Positions 57,013 to 64,000 of a DNA stretch of 64,000 nt are shown in pieces. The translations under genes were made by a program, and so were the position numbers. The stretch spans positions 66,588,001 through 66,652,000 of the forward strand of contig OX597826.1 in NCBI GenBank assembly GCA_951406725.2. Direction: 5' to 3'. The notes under the pieces are model-generated. The model was not told where the DNA came from, did no database searches, and saw nothing but the letters and a program-made list of their open reading frames with translations. Every line of letters starts with the position of its first letter. Within the stretch, counting starts at the first letter, position 1. This DNA is from Octopus vulgaris (Eukaryota).

Positions 57013-57014
<2 letters not shown>
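56630..57014 (-). mobile_element. Two tandem family E elements
   Basis: Hammerhead motifs at 56721-56756 and 56916-56951, same strand, 195 nt apart. Confidence 0.75.
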
Positions 57015-57041
<27 letters not shown>

Positions 57042-57055
<14 letters not shown>

Positions 57056-57484
57056 ATTGAGGTAATCAGATCAGATGGTTCATATTTGTAGATATTTATT
57101 TATATATTACATTTTTTACATATATATCATATCATTCGGATTAGCGCTTGCTCCCATTCTAGTGGGTTTTCAAATCAAATCAGTTGTGGGTAGTTTGAAC
57201 CTTTTTATAGTTTCGTAGTAGTGGGTGAGGAGGAAGTGAGACAGAGAGTCTCACTTCCTGTCCTCACCCACTTCCTCCTCACTTCCTCACTTCCTCCTCA
57301 CCCACTACTACGAAACTATAAAAAGGTTCAAACTACCCACAACTGATTTGATTTGAAAACCCACTAGAATGGGAGCAAGCGCTAATCCGAATGATATGAT
57401 ATATATGTAAAAAATGTAATATATAAATAAATATCTACAAATATGAACCATCTGATCTGATTACCTCAATTTTTCTAATATATA
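57042..57484. repeat. Near-perfect fold-back palindrome with 199-bp arms
   Basis: 57042-57240 is the reverse complement of 57286-57484; the 45-nt spacer is mostly short copies of the arm end. Confidence 0.95.
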
Positions 57485-57511
57485 ATACCTGTACATCATC
57501 TCCAAACCTTC

Positions 57512-57563
<52 letters not shown>

Positions 57564-58161
57564 ATATATATATATAGTATGTACATATAGTGAACAGATT
57601 GTTTTACTACATGTATTGAAAACATGATGTGTTATAGTTTTTATGAACCTGTTTACATTCCTTGCATTTGTAATGTTTCTTATTCCACTGGCAACGTTTA
57701 TAGATCTTTATAGCGCCATCTTGACGATAATGTGGTGTAGACGTGTTTTAATACTACTTTATAGAAGTCAATATGATTGCTGCAGCTGTTATTAGATATT
57801 ATTACCAGAAGTTAAATTTTTAACATTAGATTTTATACTTCGTTCGTGAGGTGATTATTTTTGTTAGTGGTTAATTTACGTTGTCCGCGTCATTATTTTA
57901 GCATTGTCTCGCCTAATTATAATGGTCCTGTCTGCTATAGAGAATCAGCAAAACGAGTCGACATTTCGTCGACTGGATGTTGGGTGCATGATGAAAGCCT
58001 AGAAATACTGGTGATTTCTTTAGCAAATTTACTATTCGAAACCAATCGCACAGAACTCGTATGAAAATATGATCAAAAACCCCATCATTGATAAAGTAGG
58101 GCACAAACATGTCTTTAATGCAACACACAAAGATATGTGATATATGATATATGATATACAG

Positions 58162-58254
<93 letters not shown>

Positions 58255-58456
58255 ACATATATGCATACATACATACAATCATTCATACAGACATGAATAC
58301 ATGTATAGAAGCAGGCATGGCTGTGGGGTCTCACAACCCCATGGTTTCAGGTTCTGTCCCATTGCGCGTTATTTTAGGCAAGTGCAATGTAACTTGAGGC
58401 CAAAAAATGCCCTGCAAGCCAATTTGTTAGACGAAATACACACACATACACACACG

Positions 58457-59328
58457 TCATATCTACCGGCGGTTAAGATACGTTTATCTTATTTTTAAAA
58501 GTATTAACAAATTGCTCTGCGCTTCATGCAGCGGTAATTCAACGGTATTATTGATAGGAGACCGAGTGTCATACGGAGCTGAAGAAGCATGAGTCCTCTT
58601 GTTACTGTTAGTAAAATAATTGTTAGTCATGGTAAAATACTGAAAAACAAGCCGAAATATCGCAGTCACCTAGCACAGACTTACGAAATATTGCTCATGG
58701 TACGTCGGCCATTACGAGGACAGGTTATATCATCACATTATAATTTTTCTACAGTATATATAACTCACACTTCATACGTGTCTTATATTATTTAATTACT
58801 GTGTTACCTTTCAGAAACAGTTTAAAAAAAAAAAAAGAAATATCTAAATGAAACATTCTCATAGAAAGATGAAAGGAACTTTAAACGTTTTTCTCCGCCT
58901 GGCAGCTATTTGCAATGAGCGAATGACAACAAAACCCTAGCGGCATTGCGCCATCATGGTGGCTAATCGCATTAAACACAAAACATCACAGAGAAAAATA
59001 CGAGTTTTACGTCCCGCATATAAATTCTCTTGATCAACATATAAACAACTATACATTTGATGTGAAAGAACAATATGATCAGATATGGTTCGCATATAAC
59101 GTAGTTTACATATGATAAATTTATGGTTTCATATTTTATTCAGAGCACTGTCACAGTATTGTATTTATACGCACAGAATCATGCATTTCCTTCACTAAAA
59201 CCATTTAAAAATATCTTTCAACGAGTGTATGACGAAACATTATATATTGGTTTTCTTTCCACAGAATATACTTGTAAAAGAGTGGTTTGTCTTATGTGAA
59301 AGTGAGTCCTATACTCCGGCAAATGCAG
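58457..59328. mobile_element. pogo/Tc2-like non-autonomous element (~870 bp), uninterrupted copy
   Basis: Termini TCATATCTACCGGCGGTTAAGA / GTCCTATACTCCGGCAAATGCAG-TA; homologous to 45430-47936 in the opposite orientation. Confidence 0.6.
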
Positions 59329-59386
59329 TATATATATGTGTTGTGTGTTTGTGTACACAGACACATACATACACATACACACGTAC

Positions 59387-59420
<34 letters not shown>

Positions 59421-59597
59421 GTGTGTGTGTGTGTGTGTGTATGCTGGTAAGAAGTTTGCATGTCAACCACATGTCTCTCGTTTCAGTGCCACTGCATGAC
59501 ACCTTGGACAAGTGTCTTCTACTATCGCCTCGGGCCAACCAAAGCCTTCTTAGTGGATTTAGTAGACGGAAACTCAAGTCAAAGAACCCTGTCGTAT

Positions 59598-59638
<41 letters not shown>

Positions 59639-59647
59639 GAGAGAGAG

Positions 59648-59823
59648 ATCGCTAGCCACTACACATTTTTTTATCTCGTTGTTTTTTTTCTGTGTTCCTT
59701 TCTGTGGAAGAGCGTAGGCTCGAAACGTCAAAGACTTTTTCAATTCCCAAGCGTTTTACTAATACAGCTGTTTGTTTTCTACACCACATGTCTTCGTCTT
59801 TGGTTTTTTTTGTGAATTGTCCC
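59648..59823 (+). mobile_element. Family E hammerhead-bearing element
   Basis: CUUU-CUGUGGA-A-GAGC-GUAG-GCUC-GAAAC-GUC-AAAG (59698-59733). Confidence 0.75.
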
Positions 59824-59956
59824 TATATATAGATGTAGTCACATTGAGAACATTCTAACATTTATCACAGATACACTGGTTTAATATATTAAATTTTGAA
59901 GAAATAATTCTTCAATGAATATATTATATAGAATATCGTAAGATACCAAACATTTT

Positions 59957-61110
<1,154 letters not shown>

Positions 61111-61160
61111 TATACATACATACATATATCCATACATACATATATATATATATATATAAA

Positions 61161-61304
61161 TTAGAAAAAAAACAACCTTTTATTAATTCAATAATGAAAC
61201 ATTAAATTATATCATTTAGAAAAATTTCACCTTATAGAAATTATTCTAAATGGTATAATTAAATTTTTCATTATTGAATTGATAAAAGGTGGTTGTTTTT
61301 CTAA
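61161..61304. repeat. Fold-back palindrome (~65-bp arms) between TA tracts
   Basis: TTAGAAAAA..CCTTTTAT.AATTCAATAATGAAA is mirrored by TTTCATTATTGAATT.ATAAAAGG..TTTTTCTAA. Confidence 0.9.
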
Positions 61305-61384
61305 TATATATATATTATATTTGGTAAAATTTGATTTAGTATTTCTAAATTGAATTTTCCCCTGTAAGTTTGGAATAATATTCC

Positions 61385-61440
<56 letters not shown>

Positions 61441-61728
61441 CGCGTGTGTGTGTGTATCTCTGTGCGTGCCGTTGTGTTTGTCCCCACACTATCTAGCAAC
61501 TAGTGTTAGTTTTTGGTGACGGCTCCATAATCTAGCAGTTCGACAAAGAGTACTGACAGAATAAGTAACAAACCGAGAAATAAATAAGTCCCAGGGTCAA
61601 TTTTTTTCCAACAAGTCCATAAAGGTGGCGTCTCAGTATGGCCGCAGTCCAATCACTGAAACAAGGAAAATAATAAAAGAATATGTATATACATACATTT
61701 ATATATGCGCGCATGTGTATGTATATAG

Positions 61729-61808
<80 letters not shown>

Positions 61809-61848
61809 TATACATATGTATATATATATATACATATGTATATACATA

Positions 61849-61899
<51 letters not shown>

Positions 61900-61975
61900 A
61901 TATACTTATGTACGTAAATAGATGTGTGCCTGTATATATACATATGAACATATATAGATGCCTACGTCTATCTAT

Positions 61976-62089
<114 letters not shown>

Positions 62090-62699
62090 CTGTGTGTGTG
62101 TGTCTATCTGTGTGTTTGTGTGTTTATGTTGGCGTGTGTGTGTGTGTGTGTGTGTGGTGTTTTATAACTAATGTTGAAATGGCTTCTTTTCTCTTTGAAA
62201 AAAAAAGAAAAGAAAAGAAAAGAAAAGAGAGAAGAGTGAAGAAGAGACAAAACTATTGAAAAACAAAGTAAATTTACATATCATATTCATTTCAAACATA
62301 TTTTGAATTCAAAGAATAACATTTGAAATTACAGAAGCGAAACGATAGTATAGTTTAATAACAACAGCAACAACGACAACGATGACAACAACAACAACAA
62401 CAACAACAACTGAAAACTATATGTAAAACTGTCTATTTATGCAAATTTTACTGCAAGATAATGTAGAATTATACGCTCTGTCGCACAAATCAGTCGGTAT
62501 CTCGATTCAGCAAGGATATTTGTAACTATTTATACGAGACCTCGCTTTGAAGTCTCGTTCAGTAGTAACTTGTATAGCCATAGTTTCGCATGCAAATTTT
62601 TTACTTTTAATGTTTCATATTTTTTTAAGCTCCTCATGTCAAGTTAACTTTTGGAAGTAAGCCCAAAATATACAATCTTAATAATAATGTTTTAGCTAC

Positions 62700-63470
62700 A
62701 TAAAACATTAATTGGATACTAGATTTAACACCAAAAAAATATTTCCTTGCTTGCATAAGAATATTAATAATTAAAGTATAAAAAAAACTAATGACTGGGT
62801 CTCTAATTGTAATTGGATTAAATATAGTGGTGAAGTATTGTTTGATGTAGGGATGGAATCATACGATAAGGTGATGTTTTTGAATTAATCGGATTATTTT
62901 TTTTGGAGTAATTTCCGAAGTTATACCGCTCCGTTGAGCTCGGTATTTACCGGGATGATGGATTATTTATTTTGTGAAGTATGAATGATTATAGAATGGA
63001 CTATATTCGGAAAGAATCTATCAAAATATTCAGAGTTATATTTAAAGATTACCGTATATAAGAATCTAAGTATAGTTAATTTCTTAGATATAACTAAAGG
63101 CTTGGGCCTTTATGGGAAACCTAACCAGGGAACACAGTACATTAATATTAATTCCATCCATGCCCGAACAATTCCCCAAATGGTTACTAACATCAGTAAG
63201 CGAATAACCAAGTTACCTCCTACGAAGAATCCTTTATTACAATTGCATATTAAAAGACAGTGTTTTCAAAGATGGTAAACATTGGAAACAGAACAACAAT
63301 GATAGTCATAAACACAAAAATAATAATGGAAAGATTAGATTATATAGATACTCTCCTTAATATTTAAATGTTTGTTTTACTATTCCTAGAATTTTCATAA
63401 ACCTTATAAATAAACATTTCCCCATAAACCACAGATACAAAAACATCAATACAAATAACGTTAATGTTGC
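62700..63470 (+). mobile_element. Decayed PLE RT core and thumb region
   Basis: FDVGMESYD, ELIGLF, LGIYRDDGL, NLSIVNFLDIT, KPN..YININSIH, ISKRI, FINLINKHFPINH. Confidence 0.85.
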
Positions 63471-64000
63471 ACCAAAAATGTGGTTGTTGCAATGGCCTGA
63501 GCAAACATAAAAAAAAACATCTGTACAAACACGTAAATATTTTTCCCTCTATGAAATTATAACAATCTGAATATCTGCCTTCTCAGCGGTATGTCTTTTT
63601 AAATGGTTAATTTATCGATCTGAGGCCCCGCTCGAAAAAAACGATAATGAAATAAACAGATATATGGAGCTCACTGAATATTCTTTAATAAATATATTCT
63701 CCAATGTGTGTATATATAAAGTCATTTAGAAAATATATCTTACTATATATCCTTTTACCAATATATATGGCGTTTAAAAGATGAATATATTTACAATTCC
63801 AAGTTCGATCATTTTAAACACTTGCCGTCTTTCTTTAATGGTTTCAGAAATCTGAATTGGTGAATACCTGCAGATTCTCTACTGAGTGAGTGAGTTAGTG
63901 TGCGAGTGCGTGGATGAGTGAGTGAATGAGGGCGAGAGAGATTCTGTGTGTGTGAGTGTGCTTGAATAAGTGTAAGAGCGGGTGAATATCTACCTACTAA

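Overview
AT-rich, microsatellite-saturated eukaryotic DNA with no recognisable host protein-coding gene, RNA gene or CRISPR array. The repeat content (tRNA-derived SINEs with internal TA/CA tracts, dense di-/tri-/tetranucleotide repeats) resembles an octopus-like cephalopod intron or intergenic region; this is inference. Nearly all listed ORFs are microsatellite translations. The interpretable content is mobile DNA: four SINE families, decayed Penelope-like (PLE) RT fragments, R4/Dong-, CR1-, RTE- and Tx1-like LINE fragments, a full-length decayed mariner nested in a pogo/Tc2-like MITE, a non-autonomous Helitron, hAT- and TTAA-type MITEs, and a Gypsy-type LTR with a tRNA-Ser primer-binding site. 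The most notable signal is more than 15 minimal type-I hammerhead ribozyme motifs in short non-coding elements beside (TA)n/(CA)n tracts. They show recurrent core variants (U4C, A6U, a compensatory U3-A8 pair) and stem I covariation, and several sit in head-to-head fold-back palindromes with the ribozyme pointing outward. Also notable are a SINE/LINE shared 3' tail, SINE concatemers with a fixed junction, and apparent microsatellite targeting by LINEs. All alignments were done by eye, so boundaries are approximate.
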